Source: a virus. From it: a stretch of DNA of 64,000 nt. The first letter of the stretch is position 1; each line of letters starts with the position of its first letter. The stretch covers positions 1 through 64,000 of the IMG/VR virus record IMGVR_UViG_3300035034_001216. One strand, 5' to 3'. The notes beneath the pieces are model-generated. The model had not been told where the DNA came from. It was given only the letters and a program-made list of their open reading frames with translations, and did not search any database. Shown here one piece after another: positions 9,390 through 21,100 of the stretch. The translations under genes and the position numbers were made by a program.

Positions 9390-10112
9390 ATGTTAAACGG
9401 AAATTATTTATCAATGGAGTTTATAGTTGAAAGGCTATTTAGAAACTCTATTATATTTCAAAAATCTAATGCTAGTGAATATGACCTTGCTGAATATATC
9501 GGTGAGGCATTGTTGCTTATAGGAGCTAAGCCTCAGTTTCAAGACAACTTCGCTAAAGTAACTATCAACTCTTATAGAGGTAAACTTCCTTGCAGTCCTA
9601 CAAGTATAGAAGCAATACGTATGTTTGATTCAGGAGAAGGTCTTAGAACCTCTACCAATGATTTCTCTGGTTCACCTAATAAGGTATCAGGTCAAGACAC
9701 ATATCTTGGCATACATGAGTATACTATTAAAGGACAGATCCTTCACATAGATACATTAAAACAAGGAGAAGTTGAAGTTAAGTTTCAATCGTTAGTAACT
9801 GACGACAATGGTTATCCTATGATTCCTGACAACGAACGTTATGCTAAAGCTATAGAAGCTTATGTTAAGTACATGGTATATAGACCTATGTGGGAGATAG
9901 GAGAGATTAGAGATAGAGTCTATTTAGCGGCGGAACAAGATTGGTTATTCTATGTTACCTCTGCTAAAACAGGTGCTCTTATGCCTAATGTAGATGGTAT
10001 GGAATCTATAAAAAATTCTATGGTTAAACTATTAAGAGACTTTAACACAAGAAGTAATACAGGTCGTGGTGTGGGTCAATCAGAGCAACGTAAAGGATAT
10101 AATATTAAGTAA
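9390..10112 (+). CDS. Tail tubular/ring protein (P22 gp4-like, crAss Ttub)
   Basis: YIGEALLLIG and TDDNGYPMIPD motifs; directly upstream of the stabilisation protein. Confidence 0.75.
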   Translation: MLNGNYLSMEFIVERLFRNSIIFQKSNASEYDLAEYIGEALLLIGAKPQFQDNFAKVTINSYRGKLPCSPTSIEAIRMFDSGEGLRTSTNDFSGSPNKVSGQDTYLGIHEYTIKGQILHIDTLKQGEVEVKFQSLVTDDNGYPMIPDNERYAKAIEAYVKYMVYRPMWEIGEIRDRVYLAAEQDWLFYVTSAKTGALMPNVDGMESIKNSMVKLLRDFNTRSNTGRGVGQSEQRKGYNIK

Positions 10113-13100
10113 TGGCAAAAGATACTCAAGTAAACACATGGGAAGGTGGAATGAATAAGGACATAGCTCCTCATAAGATGCCACCTAATACATACTTTGA
10201 ACTTAGAGAAGGTAAGGTAATTACATCTGAACAAGGTAATAGTTATGGTATATCTCCAGTCAAAGGTAATAAGAAAGTCTTTGGTATTCCGAGGATCCCA
10301 GCAACATTTATACTAGGACAAACTGAACAAGAGTTTGCTACTGTCTCAGTAATATTTGTAGATTCAAATGGTGTTACACAATTTGTTATTGCATTTCAGT
10401 TACCAGAACAACCTTTAGAATCATTATATTTAGCTCTACTTGAACAGACACCTATCTCAGATGGTATAGCAGATGGTTCATTAAGTATTCAATATTCTGA
10501 AGATTATAATACTATATATATAACATTAAATAATGAAGACCCTGTCAACCAAGTTACTGTTCAAACAGGAGGTACTGTTACAGTTATAAGTCAAGAACCT
10601 CATTCACCTGAGATTATAGGTGGTGGTGATTTCAATGATGACTTTGTTATTTTTACTACATCTGAAAATACATGGGGACAAATATGGTTAGCTCTATATG
10701 ATGAAACTAGTGAGACTATAACTAATGTAGACGGTGACGGTAATTTACTATTAGATCAAAGTACTCTTAAATACAATGGTCCTTTAAACTTATCTAAAAA
10801 TACTCCTATAAGAAGAGTTAAGTCTGTTATAGAAGTTCCTAATGAGTATGGCTCTATCTATTGGACTGATGCTTTAAATCCCATTAGAGTATTAAATCTT
10901 TATGATGATAAGTCTTTAAATATTCCTATAGGTCAGTTATCATTACAGACTAGTACTACTTTTGGTAATCTACAGATTAATAAAATATTATCTACTGGAA
11001 CTTTACCATCAGGATCTACTGTACAATTTACTTATAGACTTGTATCAGAATCAGGAGCGAAAACTCAATACGCACCTTTAACAGGATTAGTTCCTTTAAC
11101 TGATAGTAATTCTTATCAAATTGGTGATGAATACGAAGGTACAACTCAAGATGAAAATACTCTTGTTAATAAATCAGTAAGTCTTGATATATCTAATCTT
11201 GACACTAGTTATTCAAGAATAGATATAGCAGCAGTAGTATATAGATTCCAAGGTATACCTGAAGTATTTTTAGATGTAGATATAGCTATTCCTGGTAATA
11301 GTAATATTAATTATACATTTACAGGAAACAACAGTTCTAATATAGATGTATTAGAACTTAATAATAGTTCAGCTCAAATAGTATCTGCAAATGATTTGGC
11401 AGTTAAAGATAATAGATTAATAGCATTTGGTATTAAAACAAGACCTGATGATTTAGATTTTGAAACTAGAGCTTTATCTTTCAGAAGAGCTACTACTGGT
11501 GAATTTACTAATGAATGGGTTAGTAGTGTATACAATAATATATCACAAGAAGGTATAGGTACATTTGATTATACTTCATTAAACAATGGTACATTAGATA
11601 TGCCATCAGAAACTTCGGATTGTATTAATCCATCATGGATTACTAAAAAAGATAATCTAATAGGAGGCTTTAATGATGAAGGTACTGTTAACTTTTCTGA
11701 TGAAGGTATACAATGCTTTAATCCATTTAATTCTGTTCAAGGAGGATGGGGACCTAATATAAGCTTCAATTTAATAGGTGCAGAATTAATAGCATTCCCT
11801 ACTCTTAATAGTTTTAATAATAATCCTGGAACTTTTAATGGAGAATTAGAATTGCATGAAAATGAAATTGTTAATTTTTCAGGGGAAATAGCTAATTTTA
11901 AATCACCAAAAGTATCTGCATATCTTAAAGGATATAAGCGTGGGGAAACTTATAGATTTGGTATTAAATTTTTTGATAAATATGGAGTACCATATCCTGT
12001 TAAATGGATATGTGATTATAGATTTCCAGATCAATTTAATAGGGGTGATTTAGACGAAGTACAATTTAGAACTAGACTTTTATATAGTCCTGGAAATGAA
12101 ACGGTAGTAACACCAAATACATTTGATATTACAAATAATGATTTTTCTAACCAAAAATCTAATTTAGAATCATTTGGTATTAAATTTGAAATAAACAATT
12201 TAGATCAAATACGAGATAAAATTTCAGGCTTTACAATAGTTAGAGCCGAGAGGGATATTAATGATAGATCAATATTAGCAAGTGGGTTATTAAACCCTTC
12301 TGTAGAAAGAGATGGATTTAATGGTGATAAGGATATAATAGTACCTACCAGTCCTGACTTAACAACTTTATATGCAATGGATGGAGGAGGAAGTGATCCT
12401 ATTACTATTAATAAAAGAAATCTTAATTTCACAACACCATTATCTCATAATTTAAATGAAGATATTAATTATTCTGAAGGTGATTATCTAGTAGTTACCA
12501 ATCGTATTAGTTCGTTATTAACGGCTTCAGATGATACAGATGGCTTTACATTACAGACAAGTACGTTATATGGATTTTCTACTAATAGTATATCTGCATA
12601 TCAAATATTACCTTTAAGAAAATCTAGATTCAAATCATTTGATGATGTTTCTACTTTTAATCCTAATACATCCTCTCCTAGTAATCATATAATATTTCCT
12701 AATAAAAATGAATTACCATTACCACAAACAACTAGTGGTTCAGGTAACGTAGGGTATGTAGCCAATATTTTAGGATATGGAATGACAGCTGCTGATGAAG
12801 TTTTCAGAGTTACTTATAATTCAACTACAAATAAACATTGGTTAAATATTGATGATGATGAAGATGGTTTAGTAGTATCTAATGAACTTAACGCTGATAG
12901 AGGTTTATATTTCGCAGAATATTGCAGAGATATATACGATACCCAATATGGGGGGTACACTTATCAATCTAGACAAAACAATACTTCTTACATAGATTGT
13001 AGTTCTTTTGTAAATGCAAATAAAGATCAAGTTGAAGTTAAAGTATTTGGAGGGGATACAACAGTACATGCATGGGATGTTTATTGGGGTGCTTTCAATT

Positions 13101-14443
13101 ATATTAAATTTGACGCAAGTCAAGAAGTATGTCATGGCGTAAAACTCATATTACCAATAGAGTCTTCTTACAACTTAGAATATAGATCTGAAGCAAGAGC
13201 TATTTATGATTATGACGATCATAGAAATGCTCAAAATAATCCCTATGGATTGGGAAGAGGTATTGATCCTATAAAGTTTTCCCTGATAGAAGATTATAAT
13301 TACAATAACGCATATGCTCAATCTAATATAATTAATCAATCAATTGCTAAAAGCACTATTAGTAAAACAACTAATAATCTTCCATCTTCTATATGGGCAT
13401 CAGAACCTAAAATACTAGGAGAAGTAGTAGACTCATGGAGAACTTTCTTACCTAATAACTTATATGATCTAGATGCTATTTACGGCCCTATTAACAGAGC
13501 TGAAATACTTCAGAATAACATTATAACTATACAGGATGAAGCTGTGGCTATAGTACCTATAAATGAACGTGTGATGATTAATGATGAAACTTCTACAGCA
13601 CTTACATTAGGTACAGGAGATGTTATAGGGAGACATAATTATATAACTACTACATCAGGATCTAAACAGCCATTTTCAGTTGTACAATCTGATCGTGGTA
13701 TATATTATTTTGATACTCGTAATAAAAAACTTAATAGAATTAATCAGGGTAAAGAACCGTTGTCTGTATTCAAAGGCATGGACTCATACTTTAGAGATGC
13801 TGTATCTGATTCTTTAATTATAAACGAATTCAATCCTCTCAATAATATAGGTATCGTTTCTGAAATAGATAGGGAAACTGATAGAGTACATATTTCATTG
13901 CTTGGAATTAATAAGGAGGAAGTATTATTAAACGGTGAGACAGTAGTCTTTAATGAAAGGTCTGATACGTTTGAGTATCTATCTAAACATGCTCCTAGAT
14001 TAATTCTCTCCAATAGTTCTATATTGATTAGCCCTGATCCTTCAGATTTATCACAAGGATACCTTGAAAATAAAGGTGCTTATTCTCAGTACTATGAGAA
14101 TGTTGATTTAGATAATCCTTATAAGACAGAGATGTATTTTTACATTAACAAAAATGCTCCTTTGTCTAAAACATTTAATAATATTCAATACCACTTAGAA
14201 GGTAATGATAATATTACAAGAATTAATGTAAATACTATTGATCAAAGTTCTGATAATAATGTTGATATAAGAAAAAGATTTAGAATATATAGACATACTA
14301 TTGGTAGAAACCAAGGAACTAAAGAACGTATGATGGGTCCGTGGGCCTTGGTACGACTACAAGCTGATAATACTTTTAGAGAATATTTTCTACTCCATGA
14401 TGTAGTTTCTTACTTCGATATTTACAATCTTGGAGCACAATAA
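10112..14443 (+). CDS. Tail stabilisation/muzzle protein (P22 gp10-like, crAss Tstab)
   Basis: NTWEGGMNKD N-terminus, IYWTDALNPIRVLN, KGYKRGETYRFGI, DSWRTF...LDAIYGPI, KTFNNI; 1443 aa beta-rich. Confidence 0.85.
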   Translation: MAKDTQVNTWEGGMNKDIAPHKMPPNTYFELREGKVITSEQGNSYGISPVKGNKKVFGIPRIPATFILGQTEQEFATVSVIFVDSNGVTQFVIAFQLPEQPLESLYLALLEQTPISDGIADGSLSIQYSEDYNTIYITLNNEDPVNQVTVQTGGTVTVISQEPHSPEIIGGGDFNDDFVIFTTSENTWGQIWLALYDETSETITNVDGDGNLLLDQSTLKYNGPLNLSKNTPIRRVKSVIEVPNEYGSIYWTDALNPIRVLNLYDDKSLNIPIGQLSLQTSTTFGNLQINKILSTGTLPSGSTVQFTYRLVSESGAKTQYAPLTGLVPLTDSNSYQIGDEYEGTTQDENTLVNKSVSLDISNLDTSYSRIDIAAVVYRFQGIPEVFLDVDIAIPGNSNINYTFTGNNSSNIDVLELNNSSAQIVSANDLAVKDNRLIAFGIKTRPDDLDFETRALSFRRATTGEFTNEWVSSVYNNISQEGIGTFDYTSLNNGTLDMPSETSDCINPSWITKKDNLIGGFNDEGTVNFSDEGIQCFNPFNSVQGGWGPNISFNLIGAELIAFPTLNSFNNNPGTFNGELELHENEIVNFSGEIANFKSPKVSAYLKGYKRGETYRFGIKFFDKYGVPYPVKWICDYRFPDQFNRGDLDEVQFRTRLLYSPGNETVVTPNTFDITNNDFSNQKSNLESFGIKFEINNLDQIRDKISGFTIVRAERDINDRSILASGLLNPSVERDGFNGDKDIIVPTSPDLTTLYAMDGGGSDPITINKRNLNFTTPLSHNLNEDINYSEGDYLVVTNRISSLLTASDDTDGFTLQTSTLYGFSTNSISAYQILPLRKSRFKSFDDVSTFNPNTSSPSNHIIFPNKNELPLPQTTSGSGNVGYVANILGYGMTAADEVFRVTYNSTTNKHWLNIDDDEDGLVVSNELNADRGLYFAEYCRDIYDTQYGGYTYQSRQNNTSYIDCSSFVNANKDQVEVKVFGGDTTVHAWDVYWGAFNYIKFDASQEVCHGVKLILPIESSYNLEYRSEARAIYDYDDHRNAQNNPYGLGRGIDPIKFSLIEDYNYNNAYAQSNIINQSIAKSTISKTTNNLPSSIWASEPKILGEVVDSWRTFLPNNLYDLDAIYGPINRAEILQNNIITIQDEAVAIVPINERVMINDETSTALTLGTGDVIGRHNYITTTSGSKQPFSVVQSDRGIYYFDTRNKKLNRINQGKEPLSVFKGMDSYFRDAVSDSLIINEFNPLNNIGIVSEIDRETDRVHISLLGINKEEVLLNGETVVFNERSDTFEYLSKHAPRLILSNSSILISPDPSDLSQGYLENKGAYSQYYENVDLDNPYKTEMYFYINKNAPLSKTFNNIQYHLEGNDNITRINVNTIDQSSDNNVDIRKRFRIYRHTIGRNQGTKERMMGPWALVRLQADNTFREYFLLHDVVSYFDIYNLGAQ

Positions 14444-14465
14444 CTTTAAAGTTTATATTAAAATA

Positions 14466-14498
14466 TTTGGAAATATAAAAAATAATTTGTTAATTTAA
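14466..14498 (+). promoter_or_regulatory. Possible second Bacteroidota-type promoter before the ejection-protein genes
   Basis: TTTG (14466-14469), 21 nt, TAATTTAA; two mismatches in the -7 box, AT-rich gap. Confidence 0.35.
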
Positions 14499-14511
14499 TA
14501 AAATACTAACT

Positions 14512-15720
14512 ATGCCTAATCCTAATGACCCTAGAACATATAGAACAACTAACCAACAATCTCCTATATTAAGTAATAATTTATTTGGTGGAACTCAAAT
14601 GGGTTTCGGTCAAGATTCCGGTGGCCTTAAAAATGCATTAATGCAAGGAGGCGGTGTAGGTGATGGAAGTTTTATGTTTGGTCAACCACCCAAAAACGTA
14701 CAAGGAATAATACCCCCTCTTAATCCATTTTCATCTGGTACTAATAAGATGATGTATAACAAAGCAATACTTGGTGACGGTGTTACTATGGATGAAGCTA
14801 GAGAAGGTGCTATGAAAAGCATGGACTTTGGTGTTTCTCAACAAGCTAACCCCAATCCTCAAATGGGAGATCTAAGTTCTCTCATGGGAGGTGGCGGTCC
14901 TGAGAATGTATTTTCAGATTCTCAGTTTGGAAGTTTTATGAATGATAGAAAATTTGGTGATAAGTCTGAACAAATCTTTGGTCCTAATTCTATGGGTAAA
15001 TTTGGTAATGATGGTAATCCTATACTTGCTAATGAATACAACATGCCTCCTACCGGTGATCCTAAAGGAGGACAAGTGGAAGCACCTAAACCATCACCAT
15101 TAGGTATGTTACCAGCAGTTGGTAATGCTATATCATTAGCTCAAGGATTAATAGAAGGTCCTCAAAAGACTCAACTAGATAGAGTTGATTTTGAAAACGT
15201 AGATTACAATCCTATAATGGCTGCTAACAATTCTGCTATTCAACGTGGAACTAATACTACTAATAAAAACATACGTGGTAATGCAAGGACATTTGGTCAG
15301 TTAAGTGGTGGTATGTCTGCTGCCAATCTTAGAGGCTCTCAAGCACAAGGAGAGAATAATGCTAGACTAGGAGCAATGCAGCGTAATACCAATGCTGAAA
15401 TTAACAATCAAGAGAGTCAAATTAATACAGGCCTTGCTAATCAAGAGACTATGATTAATGAGCAAAACCAAGCTGTTCATCAGAATAGAATGATTGGTGA
15501 TGTAATAGGTATAGGAACTAGTATTGCAGGATTTGGTGCTGATAAAGCAATGATGGCAGCCGACTTTGCTAAAAATAATAACTTTTTAGAAGCGCAGAAA
15601 TATATGTCTCCTATGTTTGCTGCAATGTTTGACGGAAAGAATTTAGGTATGGATACTACATACGCACAAGGTAAGGGTAAACCAATGTATGACCCCTACA
15701 CAGGTAAAAAAATAAATTAA
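14512..15720 (+). CDS. Putative internal virion/cargo protein (Gly/Met/Asn/Gln-rich)
   Basis: Low-complexity N-half, Q/N-rich helical C-half, hydrophobic GDVIGIGTSIAGFG segment; follows Tstab as crAss cargo genes do. Confidence 0.65.
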   Translation: MPNPNDPRTYRTTNQQSPILSNNLFGGTQMGFGQDSGGLKNALMQGGGVGDGSFMFGQPPKNVQGIIPPLNPFSSGTNKMMYNKAILGDGVTMDEAREGAMKSMDFGVSQQANPNPQMGDLSSLMGGGGPENVFSDSQFGSFMNDRKFGDKSEQIFGPNSMGKFGNDGNPILANEYNMPPTGDPKGGQVEAPKPSPLGMLPAVGNAISLAQGLIEGPQKTQLDRVDFENVDYNPIMAANNSAIQRGTNTTNKNIRGNARTFGQLSGGMSAANLRGSQAQGENNARLGAMQRNTNAEINNQESQINTGLANQETMINEQNQAVHQNRMIGDVIGIGTSIAGFGADKAMMAADFAKNNNFLEAQKYMSPMFAAMFDGKNLGMDTTYAQGKGKPMYDPYTGKKIN

Positions 15721-15721
15721 G

Positions 15722-18121
15722 ATGGCTAAAGTAAATAGATATTTTCAACAAGCACAAGCTCCGTATATTTCACAGTATGCGGATTACAAGCTTCCATACG
15801 AAGCAGTACAGAATGCTGTCATGCAACGTCAAGGAACGTTTGATAAGAATCAGGCTATGCTTGCTAATGCTGCTAATAAGTATGGACAGATTGCATCAAG
15901 AGGAGTGGACGCTGAAGGTAAAGCTAACGCAATAGATAAGTACTTAGGTGACGTAAACGAAACTGTTAATAACAAATACAACGGTGACTTCTCATTAGCT
16001 GCTGGCGATATCTTTGATAAGACTGCTAGGTTTACTGCTGATCCTATGTGGGATAAAATGAGAAGTTCATTGGAAGATGAAAAGGCTTATAAAGCAATGC
16101 AAGATCAAGCTAAACTAAACGGCATAAGTGTATATGAAACATCTAATTTCTCAGGAGAAAAATCTATATTCGCAGAGGATGGTGGATATAATGATGTCAA
16201 TTATGATTATATACCTGACAGTCCTGAAAGATATCAAGGTATATTAAAAGAATTCTTTAACGATTTTGATTCTAGTAAAACAACAGGGCTAAATGTTGAT
16301 GCTTTAAATGAAGCCGCTAAAGGTGGTGAGAATGCATTTGTAGGATATTTAGATAGGGAATATAAAAAGTTTAATGATCCATACTTAAAAGGTGTTATGG
16401 AACAATACAAAAACTTAAACCCTCAAAAATATCAAATATACAAAGATCAAGATGCTCGTAATGGAACAAATTTAGCAGATGGAAAAGCAATTAGTGATAT
16501 TTTAAGTGCGTCTAAAGAATTTGAATTTAATAGAATGACTGGTAAAGCTTTGCAAAATCCTACTGAACCGGAAGATACATTGAAGGACGACTTACCCCCT
16601 TTAGTTGAAATAGTTCCTATTGATTCAAATACTTCTACTATAATAGGACCTTCTAAAGAAAGTCAAGACGGTCATATAGATGAGCTATCAGAATGGAACG
16701 AAGGTAGAGATGCATCTATTACTGCGAACGATAGTATAACTACTGCTGTATATGACGAGATTGATAACTTGGCAGCAAGTGCTCTTGAAGCAGAAGCAGT
16801 TCCCGGTCAACCTCATGTTACAACTCATAACAAAAACTTTCAAAATGCATTAGTAGAAGAAGCCGAAGTTATTGTAGATGGTTTAATGCGTAGTTTAGAA
16901 ACTAGACTAGAGTTTAAAGATAAAAAAGGTAGAGATCTTGCTAGAGAGTTTATATTAAAAAGTTTAAATCCAAATAATGAAACAGATAAAGGATTTTGGA
17001 CAGATGTTCAGCGAGACTTGGGAACGGCTTTTGACTTTGCAGTAGGTCCCACTGATATGCACAGGATTACAACCTTAGTTCAAAACGCAGCTGAAACTCA
17101 ACAAGATAGGTTAAAAAAGTTAAAGGGTTATAATGGCAGTAAAGATGTTTATAAGAATTTAACAATGGCGTTAAATAGAATGACGGAAAACCCGGAACTG
17201 ATAGGTGCTGAAAAATTGGATTTGGGATTTGATCCATATGAAAGACCTATTGGTAAAAACCATGATATGGAACCCCAAACATATGAAGCTATAGAAAGAC
17301 TAGATGATTATAGAAAAAATTATCAAAATTATTATTTACCTGAGCTTCAAAAGAAAAGGAATGATATGAATAAAACAACAAGGCAAACAATAGTGCCTTC
17401 TTCATTATCTCCTGATTTCCAAAACACATTAAAACGTAGTGTTGCTTTATCTAATGCACGAGTATATGATTTCTTAAAAGATTCTGAGTTGTTTAGTAGA
17501 ATTGATGATGACGGCAAGAATGCTATTAGAAATAAGTATGATAAGAACAATATGACAATGGGTAATATTTTTGAATTTGGAACTATAGATCAAAATTATG
17601 GTACTGGTAATTATGAATTATACTTACCTATTCCCACTAAAGCAGACGGTACAAAACTTGCTGATATAGATGAGTTAGATGCTTATGATGGAAAAATTAG
17701 ACTTATTCCTAATAAAGAGTTACAAGGAAAGTTAAGGGAAGTCTTCGATGCAAATGGCGATAAATTTCAAAGGTATGATATTTCCGTAGCTAATAGAAAA
17801 CGAATGGCAGCTTTACTACCAGAGGGTTCTGATTTAACAGTAGGTACTTACATGAGAGATGATGAGGGTGTAGACGCATTTGGCGGTAACAGAGTTTTAA
17901 CTGTAAATAAACCTGATGGAGAACCTCTTACCTTTGAAGATGTAAATAATTTTGCATACCAACAAATAAGTCTTGGTGGAGAAATGAATCCTGATGTTGA
18001 AAGATTGCTTAAAAAAGCTATTGATAGATTTGGTAAAGAAGAACTAAAAAATATACCTATAACTCCTGAATTGGTTGGAAGAATTAAACCATTATTAGAC
18101 TACGCATATGGGAAATATTAA
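15722..18121 (+). CDS. Putative internal virion/ejection protein
   Basis: 799 aa; NRYFQ..PYISQY..LPYE N-terminus resembles crAss cargo proteins; position in the cargo cluster. Confidence 0.65.
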   Translation: MAKVNRYFQQAQAPYISQYADYKLPYEAVQNAVMQRQGTFDKNQAMLANAANKYGQIASRGVDAEGKANAIDKYLGDVNETVNNKYNGDFSLAAGDIFDKTARFTADPMWDKMRSSLEDEKAYKAMQDQAKLNGISVYETSNFSGEKSIFAEDGGYNDVNYDYIPDSPERYQGILKEFFNDFDSSKTTGLNVDALNEAAKGGENAFVGYLDREYKKFNDPYLKGVMEQYKNLNPQKYQIYKDQDARNGTNLADGKAISDILSASKEFEFNRMTGKALQNPTEPEDTLKDDLPPLVEIVPIDSNTSTIIGPSKESQDGHIDELSEWNEGRDASITANDSITTAVYDEIDNLAASALEAEAVPGQPHVTTHNKNFQNALVEEAEVIVDGLMRSLETRLEFKDKKGRDLAREFILKSLNPNNETDKGFWTDVQRDLGTAFDFAVGPTDMHRITTLVQNAAETQQDRLKKLKGYNGSKDVYKNLTMALNRMTENPELIGAEKLDLGFDPYERPIGKNHDMEPQTYEAIERLDDYRKNYQNYYLPELQKKRNDMNKTTRQTIVPSSLSPDFQNTLKRSVALSNARVYDFLKDSELFSRIDDDGKNAIRNKYDKNNMTMGNIFEFGTIDQNYGTGNYELYLPIPTKADGTKLADIDELDAYDGKIRLIPNKELQGKLREVFDANGDKFQRYDISVANRKRMAALLPEGSDLTVGTYMRDDEGVDAFGGNRVLTVNKPDGEPLTFEDVNNFAYQQISLGGEMNPDVERLLKKAIDRFGKEELKNIPITPELVGRIKPLLDYAYGKY

Positions 18122-21100
18122 ATTTTTTGATCAAGATGATTTAAGTTATTTCGACGAAGGAACTACGAATTATGATCAAGAACCAAGAAGAAAAAATCCT
18201 TCTCAGTTATTAGGACAGAATGTTGTTCCCGGACAAGGACTTGGTTCGCCGTATGTATTTTCTTTTCAAGGAGAAGCGTTAGATGCATTCACACCTTATC
18301 TTGGTAAAAATATTAGGCCTGACAGTGATCCCGTTGAAGATAGAGCTCAAGCTCAAAGCGCAGGTGAAAGATGGTTAAATGCAGCAGGTAGATTTGCTCC
18401 AGCAGTTGTTGGTAAAACATTACAATCTGCCGGTAACATATTAGGGCTACCTGCAATTGCTGTTACTGGTGATATTAACACAATGATTGACAATCCTATT
18501 GTTAATCTTGGTAGAGCTATGGAAAATTATATGGATGAGTCGCTCCCCATATATCAGAAAAAAGTTTATACACAAGGATCGTTTACTGAAAAATTAGGAA
18601 CATCAGAGTTCTGGACTATTGACTTCATGGATGGTCTGGAATTTCTTACGTCTGCTTACGCTACATCTTTAGGTGTTGGAGCAGCAGTTAAAGGTATTGG
18701 TACTAAAGCTTTGCAAAATAGTATTACTAATATTAATAAAGTACATAAGACTCGTTTAGCTGAAAAACTTATACAGCAAAAGGTAACTGATGCTGCTCAG
18801 ATAGCTTATATGACCGAGTTTGGTTTAACAACTGCTTTGAATACCGTAGGAGAAGCAGGTATTGAAGCTCGGGAAATGAGAGATCAATTGCTTCAACAAG
18901 GAGCTAGTATGGAAGTAGCTACTAAAGCTGCTTCAAATGTCGCTATTCAAAACGTAGGGGCATTGTTATTATCTAATGCATGGCAGAGTAGATTGTTCAT
19001 GGGTAGTCCTATAAGTAAAGCATCGCGTTTGAAAGAAATGCAGAAAGCTTTTAACAAAACAGCTGGTAAGAAAGCTGGGGAAATGGTAACTTTACAACAG
19101 TTACAAAAAGGTGCCGAAGGAATTAAAACAAATTTAGGTAGAGAGTTTTTAAAACAAGGATCTATATCTGCAGTTACAGAAGGTGTATGGGAAGAGAATG
19201 TACAGACTGCTATTCAGATAGTAAATGAAGATAACGCTTTACATAATCCCGATTATTTAAATCAGAACGCGGTAAACCTGATGGGTAACATTGCTCATCA
19301 GATGGTTGATAACTTTACAGAAACAGAAGGTCAGTCTTCTATATTTCTAGGAGCAATGTTAGGTTTATTTGGTGCTGCAGGTTCTTCTATTAGAGACACT
19401 CGCAATTTAAAAAATGTAGATCAAAAGGTTTTAGAATCAATTGCAAGCGCAGAGTCTATGAATTGGGGGAACTTATCTTCATTCTTAAAAACTAAAAAAG
19501 ATGAGAAAGGTAATACTATTTTTGATACAGATGAAAACGGAGATGTAATTGCAGATCCATTCAATGCTGCTTTATTAACCTTTAAGCTTTTAGAAGACAA
19601 GTCTCTTTATGATTCTAATATGGCAGCCATTGCTCAAGAAGATGAAACTGCTCATAGAATATTAAGTCAAATGACATTGGCTAGAGATTTTTTCAGACAC
19701 TCAGGAGATAAAAGTGATATAGATTTTTTTAACGCTAAAAAAGATATACTAACCGTTGGGGAAGAAGAAGGGTATGAAGGTCAGATTAGAGAATTTCAAA
19801 GAAAATATTTACCTAAGTTAGCGAAATTAGCTGCTATTACAAAAGATATGGCTCCTATTAAAGGCGTATCTGAGGATGTAAATAAAACTATACAGGCAGC
19901 TACTTACTATCAAGGCGCAATGCAGTTTATAATAGATGAACTCATAGCAGAACAAAGTAAACTTGTATCCAATACAGGTACTCCATTAGATGAAGAATAT
20001 AATTCTAAAGTTAATAAGCGTTTAGAATTCTTAAAAACATTAAAAGAAGACAGTGAAAATAGATTTGAAAAGCTTACAGATCAAGATGTAATTAGAGATC
20101 TTGATAAAAAAGGTGCTTTTGATAGAAGAGCTCTTGACACAAGAATGAAAGAAATAGAAGAGCTTGAAACTAAACTTGGTCAAACTACAGATTTAAAAGA
20201 AAAGCTTAAACTTGAAGAAGAGTTAGAACAAAAACGTAGTACCTTTAATTATGAGTCTTACTTAGAATCTCAAAAGTACGGAATACTTTTTGGAAGAAAT
20301 AAAGAAAAACAAATAATCACAAGTGCAAAGCCACCTATCTTTTTTGATATAAATGTTGATGAGGCTAAACAAGCAAGACAAAATGAGGGAGGAATAAGTT
20401 CAAGCGGACTATCTAAAGTAGAGATGGCTATGTTTGAAGTTGGTACATCATACGCTTTAAGAGAGGAAATTGATGAGAATTTAAAAAAGATAACAGAAGA
20501 TGAGTCATCCTCGCTGGCTGAAAAAATGTCTAAGATAGATGCATTTCTTACAACTGTTGAAGGTTATGTTAGTTCTAAAAATTCTAATTACTTTGGTGAC
20601 CCCACAGGACAAATTGATTCTATCAGAGCTTTAAAGAATGATATAAAAGAAATTGAAGATGAGATCAATAATATTATTCTTCAACTAAATAAAGCAAAAC
20701 AAGCTGTCCTTCAGAATGATGATCCTATTATAGTTACACAGGAACTGACAGGTATAGATCAAGAAGGTAACATTGTAGATGAGGAAAGGGTGGCTTCTAT
20801 AGAAAGAGTTACATCTAAACCAACAACTGAATTAAAGCAAGCATTAGATGAAGCTTTCGAACAAGAAGATATTGAGGGTTATGCGAAGACTATAGATAAT
20901 GTAATTAAAGGTATTACTATATTCAATAATATTCCTATTAAAATAAATCAGTTAAATAATAAAGTTGATAACGTAACTGATGCATATGTAGAGAGTGTTC
21001 AACGAATTCAAGATTATACTGGTCAAAAAACTAAATTAGTTCAAGGAGATATTTACGGTTATGATAATTACTTTGATGCTATTATAACTGAAGAAGAGAT